Source: a virus. From it: a stretch of 64,000 nucleotides of DNA. The notes under the pieces are model-generated. The model ran no database searches and was not told where the DNA came from. It worked only from the letters and a program-made list of their open reading frames with translations. Shown one piece after another: positions 1 through 11,200 of the stretch; positions within the stretch are counted from its first letter, which is position 1; each line of letters starts with the position of its first letter. Made by a program: the position numbers and the translations under genes. The stretch spans positions 1 to 64,000 of the IMG/VR virus record IMGVR_UViG_3300008266_000018. One strand, written 5' to 3'.

Positions 1-1
1 T

Positions 2-1564
2 ATTAAAAATGCAGCCGGTGCGGATGTGTCAGGAACATCTGCAAATATTGCAGAAATGCTCAATTTAATAAATAATCCATCAGGATTTTATCATAATGAT
101 AATGCTTATATTGGAACAAATCAAGTTGTACATTTAGGAACAACAAGTGCGCCAAATTTAAGTATTGGCGGTAATGCTGCAAATGTTACAGGAACTGTGT
201 TAATTGCAAACGGAGGAACAGGAGCTATAACAGCGGCTCAGGCTAGAACTAATCTTGAAGCGACTACTCTTGGTTCTAACTTTTTTACATTAGCAAATCC
301 AGGAGCAGAAAGATATGTCAGAGTTAATGCCGCAAATACTGTTAGTTTATTAAGTGCTGCTGATTTTAAAACAGCCCTTGGAATTGGAGCTGGCTCAGGA
401 ACAGTAACAGGCGTAACTGGAACTGCTCCTATCGCAAGCTCTGAAGGAACTGCGCCTGTTATTTCTTTAAATAATAATGGAGTTACTTTTGCTAAAATGC
501 AACAAGTTACTGGTCCTGTCGCGATAGGAAGAACAACTGCATCTATTGGCGATATGACAACTTTGAGCGGCGCGGATCTTGCTGCAATTATTGGAGCCAA
601 TACAATCACAAATGCAACGAATGCTACAAGCGCGACAAGCGCCACGACAGCCACAACAGCTCAAAGGGTGGGTCAATGGGATGCGGGTACATTTAATACT
701 GGTTCAAATTCACTTGGATCTGGAACTAGAAATAATAGTTTAGCCCCAAATACATATGTAAAACAAATAAGTTTTGAATTTAAATATGATACATTTTCTC
801 CTGATCAGATTTTAGGAAATTATGGCGGTTTAATAACTATTGCTCCTTGGGACGGAACAGCAGTTAGTACAGGAGATCCAAATTATCAATTATTGTTTTC
901 TCCTGCCGCAGCAAATTCTACAAGTCCTCCTTCTCTTTATATGAGAGCAGGTATTGATACAGCTTGGGGAAGTTGGGTTACGCTTTTACATAGTAGTTCA
1001 AGTTTATCTACTTCAAATTTAAGTGGAACTGTTTCTGTAGGAAATGGTGGAACTGGAGCTACAACTTTTACTACTGGCAGAGTATTGTTAGGAAATGGTA
1101 CAACTGATATTACCACAAGTGCAAATTTATTTTATAATACTAGTACTAATAGATTAGGAGTAGGAACAACAACTCCAGGTTATACATTAGATGTTGGCGG
1201 CGCATGTCACGCTTCTTCATTTCCAACTTCTTCTGATGTAAGGTTTAAAAAGAATATACAACCTTTAACAAATGCCTTGCAAACTATTTTGTCTTTAAGA
1301 GGTGTAAAATATGAATGGAATAATTTTATTCATTCTGAAAGACCTGGATATGAATTAAATGCGCCAGTTATAGGAATGATAGCTCAAGAAGTTGAAGATG
1401 TTATTCCTGAAATTGTGGATAAATGGGTATTAAATGAAAATTTTCAAGACGCGAGAAGCCTTGAATATCAAAGAATTATTCCGTATTTAATCGAAGCAGT
1501 TAAAGAATTAGACAATAAAAATAAACTTTTAGAAGCTAGAATTTTAGCTTTAGAAAACAAATAA
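2..1564 (+). CDS. Tail fibre protein with C-terminal intramolecular chaperone (peptidase S74); 5'-truncated by the window
   Basis: The frame is open from the window edge (IKNAAGADVSG...). G/T/A-rich fibre repeats (NGGTGA, NATNATSATSATTATTA, RLGVGTTTPGYTLDVGG) precede the S74 signature SDVRFKKNI...LRGVKYEW...GMIAQEVE...Y..IIPYLIEAVKEL and a coiled-coil end. Confidence 0.9.
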   Translation: MKNAAGADVSGTSANIAEMLNLINNPSGFYHNDNAYIGTNQVVHLGTTSAPNLSIGGNAANVTGTVLIANGGTGAITAAQARTNLEATTLGSNFFTLANPGAERYVRVNAANTVSLLSAADFKTALGIGAGSGTVTGVTGTAPIASSEGTAPVISLNNNGVTFAKMQQVTGPVAIGRTTASIGDMTTLSGADLAAIIGANTITNATNATSATSATTATTAQRVGQWDAGTFNTGSNSLGSGTRNNSLAPNTYVKQISFEFKYDTFSPDQILGNYGGLITIAPWDGTAVSTGDPNYQLLFSPAAANSTSPPSLYMRAGIDTAWGSWVTLLHSSSSLSTSNLSGTVSVGNGGTGATTFTTGRVLLGNGTTDITTSANLFYNTSTNRLGVGTTTPGYTLDVGGACHASSFPTSSDVRFKKNIQPLTNALQTILSLRGVKYEWNNFIHSERPGYELNAPVIGMIAQEVEDVIPEIVDKWVLNENFQDARSLEYQRIIPYLIEAVKELDNKNKLLEARILALENK

Positions 1565-1576
1565 TATAATAAATAA

Positions 1577-2440
1577 ATGAAAACAATAGTATTAAGCGCA
1601 AATCCAACGCCAAACATGAATTTGGCTAAAATCAACATCGATAACGCTGGCTTTGATCCACATTGTGGACCTAGTTTTTGGGTTACTTTTTATAATCCAA
1701 CTGGCAACATTATTGATCGAATTACTCACAGCATGACTTTCGATCAATGGCAAGACTGGACATCAGAAAGCTCAGAAATTGCCGATTATAAATATATCGC
1801 TGATTCTATCACTGAAGATCTTGGTATTACATATACAAGCATGGATTATCCATTGCCTCCTGTGGCTCCAACGATTACAATTCAACCAGTTAGTCAATCA
1901 AATCAAGTTGGAAATAGCGCACTTTTTTCAGTAGGTTATATAGGTGACTCTCCATTTACTTTGCAATGGTATAAAAATGATGCGGCAATTCAAGGCCAAA
2001 CTAATTCATCTTTTTCCATTAGTTCAATTTCTGAATCTGACGCTGGATCTTATACAGTTAAAATTACAAATGCTGGTGGCTCAGTAACAAGCGCCGCAGC
2101 AGTTCTTACTGTAATTGTTCCAGTTGCTCCAACTATTACTACTCAACCTGAGAATAAAACTGTAGAAGTTGGCGGTAGCACTTCTCTTTCTGTACAAGCC
2201 GAAGGAACTCAGCCTTTAGTTTATACATGGTATAAAGATGGAGCAACTCTTCCAGCGTCTATGGGAAATATGCTTCCAATTATGAACGCTCAAACTTCAC
2301 ATGAGGGAATTTATTCTGTGAAGATTTCTAACATGGTTGGAACTGTAACAAGTAATGATGTTACTGTTACTGTAACTACTCCTGTTGTTCCTGAGCCAGT
2401 AAATCCTGAGCCAGTAAATCCTGAACCTGCCGCTCCATAA
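1577..2440 (+). CDS. Virion-associated protein with two Ig-like domains
   Basis: Two PTIT.QP...F/LSV...G..P....WYK.....G.Y.VKI.N..G.VTS....LTV repeats and a C-terminal PEPVN repeat. Confidence 0.85.
   Translation: MKTIVLSANPTPNMNLAKINIDNAGFDPHCGPSFWVTFYNPTGNIIDRITHSMTFDQWQDWTSESSEIADYKYIADSITEDLGITYTSMDYPLPPVAPTITIQPVSQSNQVGNSALFSVGYIGDSPFTLQWYKNDAAIQGQTNSSFSISSISESDAGSYTVKITNAGGSVTSAAAVLTVIVPVAPTITTQPENKTVEVGGSTSLSVQAEGTQPLVYTWYKDGATLPASMGNMLPIMNAQTSHEGIYSVKISNMVGTVTSNDVTVTVTTPVVPEPVNPEPVNPEPAAP
2391..2426 (+). repeat. 15-bp tandem repeat cctgagccagtaaat (x2 plus a partial copy) encoding PEPVN
   Basis: Seen directly in the sequence. Confidence 0.85.
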
Positions 2441-2507
2441 TTTTCTCTAAAAGTTTTTTAATTTTTCTAAGAAGCTGGTATAATATTTTAGAAATTAATT
2501 AATTATT

Positions 2508-2705
2508 ATGGAAAATCAGAATACACAAGCTCAGGCCGCGCAGCCACTAACTCCAGAAACAGCATTGCAAAATCTAGCATTTGCTGCTCGTCAAGCCCGT
2601 CTCACTTATCAGGAGCATTCCGTGATCGATGCGTCGATTAATGTTCTCGTAAAGCTGATTCAGGAAAACGCTTCTGGTCCAGCGCCGCTTGCGCCTGAAG
2701 TATAA
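2508..2705 (+). CDS. Hypothetical small protein
   Basis: ORF with TATAAT upstream and a terminator downstream. Confidence 0.7.
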   Translation: MENQNTQAQAAQPLTPETALQNLAFAARQARLTYQEHSVIDASINVLVKLIQENASGPAPLAPEV

Positions 2706-2724
2706 AAAAATAGAAAACTATTTT

Positions 2725-2753
2725 AACCCGTCCTGAAAAGGGCGGGTTTTTTT
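2725..2753 (+). terminator. Rho-independent terminator
   Basis: aacccgtcct-gaaa-agggcgggtt hairpin followed by a T run. Confidence 0.9.
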
Positions 2754-2760
2754 GTGTAAT
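2754..2760 (+). promoter_or_regulatory. GTGTAAT motif (putative phage promoter element)
   Basis: Recurs 12-28 nt upstream of start codons at 2754, 8204, 55941, 56762, 62620, 62919, 63949 (+) and 50551 (-). Confidence 0.6.
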
Positions 2761-2769
2761 TAAACATAT

Positions 2770-3300
2770 ATGCCAACAATTAATCAGATGGCTTCTGAAG
2801 TTATAGATGAATTAGGAATTACTGGTTCACCTACATCAGCTGCCGTAATACTTTGGTTTCGCACTAATTATGGCAAATTAAATAATGCTATCAGTAGAAA
2901 TTATGTCGTTTCAGATGACGGAGGAAGTCCAACTGTAATTTATTATCTTAAAGAAACTTTTGAAGATGGAACTATAGAAGAAATTGGATATGATGAAGCC
3001 GCAATTTATAAAAAGTTTTATTATTTGCAATATTATGATTCTGCAATAAGAAGCAATATGGGCGCGGCATCTATGGACGCAGTAGTTGAAGTTAATAGTG
3101 ACGGTATGACGGTAAGAAAAGTTAGCAAAACAGAAGTTGGTCGCAATCTTGCCACTTTCAAAAAGATGGAAATGGAAGAATTAAATTTAATGATAAGTAG
3201 ATATCAAGTTGCTAAATCTAAACCTCGTCAAGTTGCTGGTGACGATACCGTTGTTGGTTATTACATTGGTAAGAATTATCCATTAGGAATAACTCCATAA
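2770..3300 (+). CDS. Putative head-tail adaptor/neck protein
   Basis: Position at the start of the neck/tail operon and helical character; no diagnostic motif. Confidence 0.45.
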   Translation: MPTINQMASEVIDELGITGSPTSAAVILWFRTNYGKLNNAISRNYVVSDDGGSPTVIYYLKETFEDGTIEEIGYDEAAIYKKFYYLQYYDSAIRSNMGAASMDAVVEVNSDGMTVRKVSKTEVGRNLATFKKMEMEELNLMISRYQVAKSKPRQVAGDDTVVGYYIGKNYPLGITP

Positions 3301-3303
3301 TTT

Positions 3304-3765
3304 ATGGCAAGTTTAATTACCAATGACGAAAGAGTTTCTTTTACATCAAGTATCAACGATCATTTTGATACTTTTAAAAGAAGTATAACTATTTTTATTG
3401 AGCCAAAGCAAAATTTTAATAATGCTTCTCCTCAAAAGTATCTTCCCGGTTATCAAGCTTCAAGTACAGCAAATCCTGCGTTAACGATTATAAGCGCCGC
3501 TCATGACGCAATTGTAACTTATGGAGATTTTAATAGAACTGTATCTCCCGGTATTGGTAAAAATACAGATTCAGGATTAGTAAAAATCAAAGTAAAACAA
3601 GCTACTTACGATTACATTAAGAATAATAAGATAATTAAAATTACTATTGATGGAGATAGTTTTAATATTGCTTCTGTAGGTCGCCGCGCTAATTTCTTAA
3701 ATAAAAATCTTGGATCTACTTTTGGAGAAGTATTTTATATATTTGAATTAGAATATACCAAATAA
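3304..3765 (+). CDS. Putative head-closure protein
   Basis: Synteny, size, and a beta-rich C-terminus (KITIDGDSFNI). Confidence 0.4.
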   Translation: MASLITNDERVSFTSSINDHFDTFKRSITIFIEPKQNFNNASPQKYLPGYQASSTANPALTIISAAHDAIVTYGDFNRTVSPGIGKNTDSGLVKIKVKQATYDYIKNNKIIKITIDGDSFNIASVGRRANFLNKNLGSTFGEVFYIFELEYTK

Positions 3766-3766
3766 T

Positions 3767-4351
3767 ATGGGATATACTAAATTAGATATTGGTAAAATTA
3801 GAGGAAAAGCTTTGTCTAGTAAAAAAGCTAAAGATAAAGCTTTAGAAAAAGCCGAAAAAAAAGTTGGTGAAGAAAAAAGTATTTTAATTCAGGAATTTAA
3901 CAATCATGAAGTTACTAAAGAAATTGCGGCAGGACCAAAAGCTTCAAACACAAGCGGAACTTTAGGAGGATATGGAAATTTATTTAGCTTTATTGGTTTT
4001 GAAGCAAATTCTGATCCAATAACTCCAGTTAAAGAAATTTTAAATGAAATACAAGTAAAGAATATAAGATTTAATGGAGAAAGATATGAAGCTTCAGTTA
4101 AATATCCATCTCAAAATGAAATTAAAAAAGCAACTCCTTTGCCATTTGAAAATGGAAGAAGTTGGGCCGCAGGAATTGAAGATGGAATTAGTGGATTCAC
4201 GCAGTATATATATACTAAATTTTTAGATGGTAGATCTAAAGAAGGTGTTCAATCTGACAGAGCTAAAGGAGTTGGATCTTTTAAAAAACAAGACTATTTA
4301 AATTCACTATTACAAGATTTTATTAAGAATATAAGAGGTAACAAAAAATGA
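3767..4351 (+). CDS. Putative neck/tail-completion protein
   Basis: Basic protein with a GNL..I motif and WAAGIEDG, in the expected position. Confidence 0.4.
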   Translation: MGYTKLDIGKIRGKALSSKKAKDKALEKAEKKVGEEKSILIQEFNNHEVTKEIAAGPKASNTSGTLGGYGNLFSFIGFEANSDPITPVKEILNEIQVKNIRFNGERYEASVKYPSQNEIKKATPLPFENGRSWAAGIEDGISGFTQYIYTKFLDGRSKEGVQSDRAKGVGSFKKQDYLNSLLQDFIKNIRGNKK

Positions 4352-5217
4352 TAACGCAATTTGAAAATAAATTAGTATCAAGTTTTATACTGTATATTGA
4401 CAATCAAATACTCAAAAAAGGTCAAGCTTATACAGTTCAATCTGTTAACTTTAATAAAGTAGACGACGCTTTTCAAGTTAATGGAGTTGATTATTATACT
4501 TTTAATAGTCCATTTGATCAATTGGTATCAGACGTTTCAATACCTTCAGGAGGATTTAGCGGAATATCAATTAATGGGCAGAGTTTAAATTTAGGAACTA
4601 GTGGGTTTTATGGAATAAATTATGATGGGGGCCAAATTTATTTTACTGGAACTCAGTATACTGGATCAACAGTCGCCGCGACTGGATGCATTAAAGATTT
4701 TAATATCTATTTAAATAATTATACCGAAGAAGAATTATTGTTCGAAACTAAATTTGAAATTCGCGCAAAGTCTACTGATCAAGTTATAAATTCGTCTTCA
4801 TCATTAGGCTCAAAATATATTTCTTATCCAGCTATTTTTATAAGAATGGAAAGCGCAGAAGGAGAAGATTTTGCATTTGGCGGATTAGATAAAATGATAT
4901 CTAATTTTAGATGTTTAGTATTAGCTGAAAATACTTTTGCATTAGATGCAGCTTGTTCAATATTAAAAGATCTTAGAAAAACAGAATTCGGCATTATAGA
5001 TCCAACAGTTTTACCGTATTCTAATTTTGGCGCGATAACTGGTTCTGGATATAATTATGACACTCAAGTAAATAATCAAACTGATAAATCTTTGATTTGG
5101 GATGTTTCTGTGTCAAAAATATCATTTTCAGACAGCAGAATAAAACTAACAAATCCTCAAGTTTGTTCGGCAATTGTTGATTTTGAAGTGTATTCATTTA
5201 GAAATCCTAGATCTTAG
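4348..5217 (+). CDS. Putative tail terminator protein
   Basis: YPAIFI motif; immediately upstream of the tail tube gene. Confidence 0.5.
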   Translation: MITQFENKLVSSFILYIDNQILKKGQAYTVQSVNFNKVDDAFQVNGVDYYTFNSPFDQLVSDVSIPSGGFSGISINGQSLNLGTSGFYGINYDGGQIYFTGTQYTGSTVAATGCIKDFNIYLNNYTEEELLFETKFEIRAKSTDQVINSSSSLGSKYISYPAIFIRMESAEGEDFAFGGLDKMISNFRCLVLAENTFALDAACSILKDLRKTEFGIIDPTVLPYSNFGAITGSGYNYDTQVNNQTDKSLIWDVSVSKISFSDSRIKLTNPQVCSAIVDFEVYSFRNPRS

Positions 5218-5277
5218 GCTTTTAAATTTCACAAAGCAATTTTTTAAATGTAATTAATAAAAAAGGAATAATAACAT

Positions 5278-6168
5278 ATGGCTGCAATTAATAGAACAAT
5301 TTATACTCAAAGTGAAGTCAGAATTCTTTCTGGATCTGACGCTGGACCTTGGGCAGTAGTTTCTGGCGTACAAAACGCTTCAGTATCTTACAATAGCCCA
5401 AATCAAACCGTTAATGCCTTTGGAACAAAAGGAATTATTGATAACGTCCAATTAGAGCCAGAAACCGCAACAACTACATTTAGTTATATTTTACCATCTG
5501 GCACAGGAATTGGTCTTCATATTTCTCCATCAAAAATGAACGAATTGATGCAAAATTCTTTGTTAGACGTTCCAGTCCCAATGCATGTTACGGTAGCAGG
5601 AATTGGAAGAGTTATTAGCGGTTACTTATCTTCGCTTTCGGTTAATGCTTCTGTAGGAGATTTAGCTACTTGTGAAATGACTTTCGAAGGTGTTCCTTCT
5701 GGAGGAATAGCTGGAAATGATTCTGATGGAGAACGTCCAAATGCAATCTCATCTGTAGCTGCTGTTTCTTATCCCGTTTTAACTCCTGATAAAGTTAGCG
5801 GAATTGGCCCAGCAGTAGCTGAAGATGGAACTCCTGCTAGTAATCCTATTGGTGGATTTGGAGCATCTGCTCAAACTACTTCTTTCTCTTGGGAAATTCC
5901 TGTTGAAAGAGTTATGAGTTTAGGAACTTCAGTTTCTGATTCTACTACTTTCACAAATCCTCCTGGCACAGCCTCAATGACTGCCGAAGGCATGGATCTG
6001 CCTCTTGGAATTACAGGATTGGTTGTCGGTGGATTCACATTTGGACTTGGCGCTCAAGGAAGAGTATCTTCTAGAGAACATAATCTAGCTGTCGGAGATG
6101 TCGGGGCGACTTTCAGCGTTACAGTCGATTCTACCGCTGATTCTTGCACATGTGTTGCTACTGCTTAA
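5278..6168 (+). CDS. Major tail tube protein
   Basis: VQNASVSYN...VNAFG and LSSLSVNASVGDLATCEMTFEG beta-rich tube pattern; AAGGA RBS and its own terminator; lies upstream of the TMP. Confidence 0.7.
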   Translation: MAAINRTIYTQSEVRILSGSDAGPWAVVSGVQNASVSYNSPNQTVNAFGTKGIIDNVQLEPETATTTFSYILPSGTGIGLHISPSKMNELMQNSLLDVPVPMHVTVAGIGRVISGYLSSLSVNASVGDLATCEMTFEGVPSGGIAGNDSDGERPNAISSVAAVSYPVLTPDKVSGIGPAVAEDGTPASNPIGGFGASAQTTSFSWEIPVERVMSLGTSVSDSTTFTNPPGTASMTAEGMDLPLGITGLVVGGFTFGLGAQGRVSSREHNLAVGDVGATFSVTVDSTADSCTCVATA

Positions 6169-6189
6169 TAGTTAAATAAAATCCTTTTT

Positions 6190-6218
6190 ACCCCAAAGAG
6201 TAATCTTTGGGGTTTTTT
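6190..6218 (+). terminator. Rho-independent terminator
   Basis: accccaaaga-gtaa-tctttggggt hairpin followed by a T run. Confidence 0.9.
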
Positions 6219-6245
6219 CTTTTTTAATTATAATAATATAAGGCG

Positions 6246-6566
6246 ATGGATAAGAAAATAGTCGATACTATTTCTACAGATCAGTTTAAAGCTTTTCTAT
6301 TAGAACAAATTAAGCGTATTGTAAAAAAGGGCTATAAAACCCATTTGCGATCATTAGATGATTTACAGCAAAAACAATTAAAAATTGTATATGAAAATAA
6401 AGATAAAGTCGCGCCCGAAATTATTAAATCTTTAATACTACTAGACGAAGCTGCTTTTTCTAATAATCGCAAAGAGATATTAGATATTGGAAATAATATA
6501 ACAAGAGAGATAGAAAATTTATTTGAGAATCTAGTTATCAATATTAATAATAAAGAAGATTTATGA
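6246..6566 (+). CDS. Hypothetical protein
   Basis: ORF overlapping the next gene (ATGA). Confidence 0.7.
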   Translation: MDKKIVDTISTDQFKAFLLEQIKRIVKKGYKTHLRSLDDLQQKQLKIVYENKDKVAPEIIKSLILLDEAAFSNNRKEILDIGNNITREIENLFENLVININNKEDL

Positions 6567-7324
6567 TACCAGAAAAGTGGATTTACTCTTTTACTCTAGA
6601 TAAAGAAGTTAGCGTAGACAAAACCGAAGTCAGCAAAGATGAAACTGGCGCGGAAATTAGAATTACTAAATCAGTAAAAGAAAAGAAGCCTTTTGTATTT
6701 AAGATCAAGAAGCCAAGTCGAAAGCTTATTGAAGATGCTGATATATATTACGCCGCAAAAGTTGGTGAATATTTGAAAGCTGGATTATTGAGTAAGAATC
6801 TTATTGCTAAACGTCTTGAAAATGATGGCGGCGATCTAGGTGAAGAAACAAAAAAAGAATTTACTGAAGTTGCTAATAATTATTATAAAGCTCGGCTAGA
6901 AGTTGAAACTCTAGAATCAGAAGTTAAAGAAAAGAATCTTGATGCTGATAAAGAAAAGCTGCAAAAAGCTAAAGAAGATTTTGAAGATATTAGATTTAAG
7001 CTTACTGATCTTGAATATCGCAGAAATGCTATTTATGAACAAAGCGCCGAATCTAAAGCTCTTAACAAGCAAATTTTCTGGTATATTTTAAATACTACTT
7101 ATTGGAATAAGGGCGATGAAAAAGCTGATTTTACTTCTTATTTCGAAGGAAAGACTTTTGATGAAAAGTGCGATAGTTACGATTTAAAAGAAGATCAAGA
7201 ATCAGGAACTGAATTTTTTAATGAGCTTACTTCCAAGTTAGCTTTTTCTATTAGTTATTGGTTTAACTCTTCAAATAAAGCTACTCAAGAAGATATTGAC
7301 AAAGTATTGAGTGAGAATATCTAG
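6563..7324 (+). CDS. Putative tail assembly chaperone
   Basis: Charged coiled-coil protein located between the tail tube and TMP genes. Confidence 0.45.
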   Translation: MIPEKWIYSFTLDKEVSVDKTEVSKDETGAEIRITKSVKEKKPFVFKIKKPSRKLIEDADIYYAAKVGEYLKAGLLSKNLIAKRLENDGGDLGEETKKEFTEVANNYYKARLEVETLESEVKEKNLDADKEKLQKAKEDFEDIRFKLTDLEYRRNAIYEQSAESKALNKQIFWYILNTTYWNKGDEKADFTSYFEGKTFDEKCDSYDLKEDQESGTEFFNELTSKLAFSISYWFNSSNKATQEDIDKVLSENI

Positions 7325-8190
7325 TGAATGAAGCAGTTCTAGATCTTCAGAATATAGATTCTCAAGAAAAAGCTTTTTTGCTTTTTCGACACGTTATTCT
7401 CGGCGCGTCTTTTGATTATCATAATAATTTCTATGTAAAGCATAATTCTTTACTAGAAGCTACTTATATATCTGAATTTAATAAAACTTTAGAGTTTGAA
7501 TGCCAAGCTAAAGGATTATTGCCAGAAAAAGATAAGTTAAAAGTTCTATTCGAAAATACTTCTTGGTCAGAGCAGCAAGAAGGAGAATATCAAGAAAAAT
7601 TAAAAAGAATTCAAGATCTTGAAATTTCAAAGAAAAAACTAGTTATTCCTTTTCAAATTAAATCCGCTAAAGAGATTTTAAATAAAGAAATCGCCGCGCT
7701 ATCTCCATTGTTTATGGAGCGAGAAGATGCGATTGGTTTAACAGTAGAAAGTCATTGTAATAATAAAAATTATGAATATTATTTGCGGAACTTCTTTTTT
7801 AAAGATGAAAAACTAACTCGTCCACTTTTCTCTGAAGAAGAATTTGAAGATTTAGATGTCGTATTAATGAGGGAATATCATTCTTATTATAATGATTTTC
7901 AAAATGTATTTTCAGATAGAAATTTAAAAAAGATAGCTTGCGCTCCAATTGTTTATAATTCTTTCTTTTTATCTACATCTGCTAAAGATTTTTATGGTAA
8001 ACCTATTTGTGAACTTACCGTAAATCAAATAAGTTTGTATAGTAATTATATTTACTTTAAGAACGTGGGTTCATCTCCTGAATTTAAATCAGTTCCTCAA
8101 GAATATTATTCTGATTTAGGCAAAGTCGTAGATTATTACGATCAACAATGCAGTATTTTAAACAGTAAAAATAACTCTAAAAAGAGATAA
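7324..8190 (+). CDS. Putative tail assembly chaperone (GTG start)
   Basis: Immediately precedes the TMP; FYGKPICELT..Q motif. Confidence 0.45.
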   Translation: MNEAVLDLQNIDSQEKAFLLFRHVILGASFDYHNNFYVKHNSLLEATYISEFNKTLEFECQAKGLLPEKDKLKVLFENTSWSEQQEGEYQEKLKRIQDLEISKKKLVIPFQIKSAKEILNKEIAALSPLFMEREDAIGLTVESHCNNKNYEYYLRNFFFKDEKLTRPLFSEEEFEDLDVVLMREYHSYYNDFQNVFSDRNLKKIACAPIVYNSFFLSTSAKDFYGKPICELTVNQISLYSNYIYFKNVGSSPEFKSVPQEYYSDLGKVVDYYDQQCSILNSKNNSKKR

Positions 8191-8224
8191 ATCTTTCTTT
8201 TAAGTGTAATATTTAATAAGGCTT

Positions 8225-11200
8225 ATGGCAGATACAATTATTACGGTTGGAGGAGAGACGAGTCAATTGGAGAGAGATATCCAAAAAACTCTTTCTAAAG
8301 ACTTTAAGCTAACGGGGCTTGATACAAAGTCGTTCTCTCAGCCTCTTGGAAAAATAAAAGGGCAACTAGGAGAATTCGAAAAATCTCTAGAAGCTTCTAA
8401 TGCTCGCGTTGTTGCATTCGGCGCGTCTGCTGGTTCTATTTATTTATTAACTGATGCTTTTAAAAGCATGGTTAAATCTACAATTGATGTAGAAAAAACT
8501 CTTGCAGATATAAATACAGTAATTAATGCAAGCGAAAGCGATATAAAATCTTTTGGAAATACTATTTTTGATGTAGCTAATAAAACATCTCAATCTTTTG
8601 AAACTGCCGCAGAAGCTGCATTGGAATTTTCAAGACAAGGTTTAGGTCTTGAGCAAACTGCAAAACGCACCGCTGATGCATTAACATTAGCTAGATTATC
8701 TGGTCTTTCAGCCGCCGCTTCAGTAGAAGCTTTGACTGCCGCAGTAAATTCATTTAGCGATGCAGGTTTAAGCACAACTCAAGTTGTAAATAAATTGGCC
8801 GCAGTTGATGCTAAATATGCTGTTAGCTCCGCAGATCTAGCAGAAGCAATTAAGCGTGTTGGTAGCTCTGCTAGTGAAGCTGGAGTTAATATTGATCAAT
8901 TAGTAGCTTTAGTTACTTCTGCCCAGCAAACAACTGCTAGAGGCGGCGCAGTAATTGGTAACTCTTTCAAAACCATTTTTACAAGACTTCAAAGACCTAA
9001 AGTTCTTGAAGATTTGCAAGAAATAGGAATACAAACTACGAATGCTGCTGGTGAAACGTTGCCATTAATTCAAATATTAACTCAATTAGCTAGAACGTTT
9101 GATACGTTGGGTTCTGCTCAGAAAAGCCAAGTAGGAGAGCTTGTTGGCGGTGTTTATCAAATAAACATACTTAAAGCTGTATTGGGAGATTTAAGCAAAG
9201 GATATTCTACTTTTTCAGGAGCTTTAAAAGCTTCTTCTGGAGCTACAAATGAAGCGGAACAAAGAATAGGTAAATTGGGCGAAACTCTAGACAGTCAAAT
9301 TAATAGAGTTACAAATAATTTAAAACGAGCAGGATCTATTGTTGGAGAATTAACTATCGCCCCAGCTTTAGAAAAAGTTTTATCAAATGTAAATAGCGTT
9401 TTAGAAACTTTCGCTTTAGGTAAAGAGCCTGAAAGTCTTGGAGAAAAAGCTGCGACAGGATTTTTAAAAGGATTAGGTGGTTTTATTTCTGGTCCCGGCT
9501 TAATGCTTGCCGCTGTTGGTGCGTTTCAAATTTTTAAAAGATTGGCTGTATTCGTTCAAGACGCAGGAAAAACGGTTTTAGGTTTAGGTCAAGCTGCTCA
9601 ACAACAAGCTCAAATTCAAGCTCAGATACTTCAATTATTACAAAAAAATCCCCAAGTATATTCTCAGATTGAATCTGGAGCAATTTCGGTTCAATCTGCC
9701 GCTCAAGGTTATTTAAATATTGTTAATGCTACAAACGCAGCATTAGAAAGACAGAAAGCTATTGCTGCTCAAATGACTAGAGCAGTAGTGGGTGGAGGTG
9801 CGCCTATTATTCCAACTTCTGGAAGAGGAGGCAAACGTGGTCGCGCAGCAGGATATATGCCAAGCATTTCCGATCAAAAGAGAATGGAGGAAAATGACGC
9901 TCGTAATCTTGGCGCACCATCTGGAGTTCGCGCCCATTTCGGAAAAGGAACAATCGGCGGCAAAAAATTCTTGATGAATAATCATGAAATTGAAATTCCT
10001 AATTATGGAGCAAATGGAGATTCTGCTGTTATTCCTAAATATGCAGTTGGAAATGCTGTCGAGAATCCTATTAGGGATTTATCTCAAACTAAAAAAGGTC
10101 TAAAATATCTTTATGATCTTAACAATCCTGTTGATACTTATATAGATCCTGTAGCAGGAGCGATAGGAAGAATTCCTTTACCTAAAACTGCAAAACAGTA
10201 TGATGATGCGGCGCTAAGAAAAATTAATGAATCTCTTGCTATCGATAAAAAAGGTAATCCATTAAAAGGCAAAACTCCTACGCCTGTAGCAGATTTAAAA
10301 TATAGAGGCGTTAAACTTTCTGGTTATTTATCTCCTAAATTTGATCCATCTACGTTATCAAGCACAAATGTAGAGACAAGAAGAGGTAATATTAGCAATA
10401 TAAAAGGAGCTTTAGCAGAAATAGATACTTTTAAACATTTAAATAAATTAAGACTTGATCCTAAAAAATTAGATTCTATTTACGGAATAGATTTTAGCGC
10501 AAAAAATAATGATTTATATGAGACAAAAGCTACTAAAGATTATGTCGCAGATGATGTAATATTAGCTAAGGCTTTGACATATATTGGAGAAAAAGACAAA
10601 AAAGCTGGAAAACCTCATATAGGTAATGGTAAGGATAGAATACAACTTCCTCCATTAACGGTGTTCCAATCAAAAGGTTTAGCGTCTGGATATATTCCTA
10701 GATTTGCCGCTGGAGATGGCAGTATGTCTCTAAAAGACTACATGATGATGAAATATGGAGAAGTTAAAGATACTTCTTCATTAGGCGGCGCGGCTTTAAA
10801 TGCTGCTTATGGTAAAGGCGTTTCTTTAGATGAGCTTAGAGCCACTTCTCCTAAATGGGCTAATTGGACTCCCGGTGGAGCAACTTCTGCCATGCTCCAA
10901 GGTAGAAAAGAAGCTAAAAAACAAACTCAAATAAATCGCGCTAATAAATATGGTTATAGAAAAATTATTCTTCCTTGGAGTAAATCTGTAGCTGATTTCG
11001 GCGGCGATCCTAATGAATTTGGTGATGCTTATGAAAATCTTGTTGCTCAAAAATTTGGCGCAAAAAGAGGCGATAGGTTTAAACGCGCAAACGATTATCC
11101 AGGAATTGCAGGAAGAACTCCTCAATCTAAATATAATTATACCGATGTTGATTTTATTGTCCCTAAAAATCCAAATGATTTATCAGCAGGAGGATCTTTA

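Noticed and set aside
2-1564. Diversity-generating retroelement target in the tail fibre
   Set aside because: No reverse transcriptase gene or template/variable repeat pair was seen in the window.
6563-8190. Programmed frameshift between the putative tail chaperones
   Set aside because: The second ORF has its own GTG overlapping the upstream TAG, and I saw no convincing slippery heptamer at the junction.
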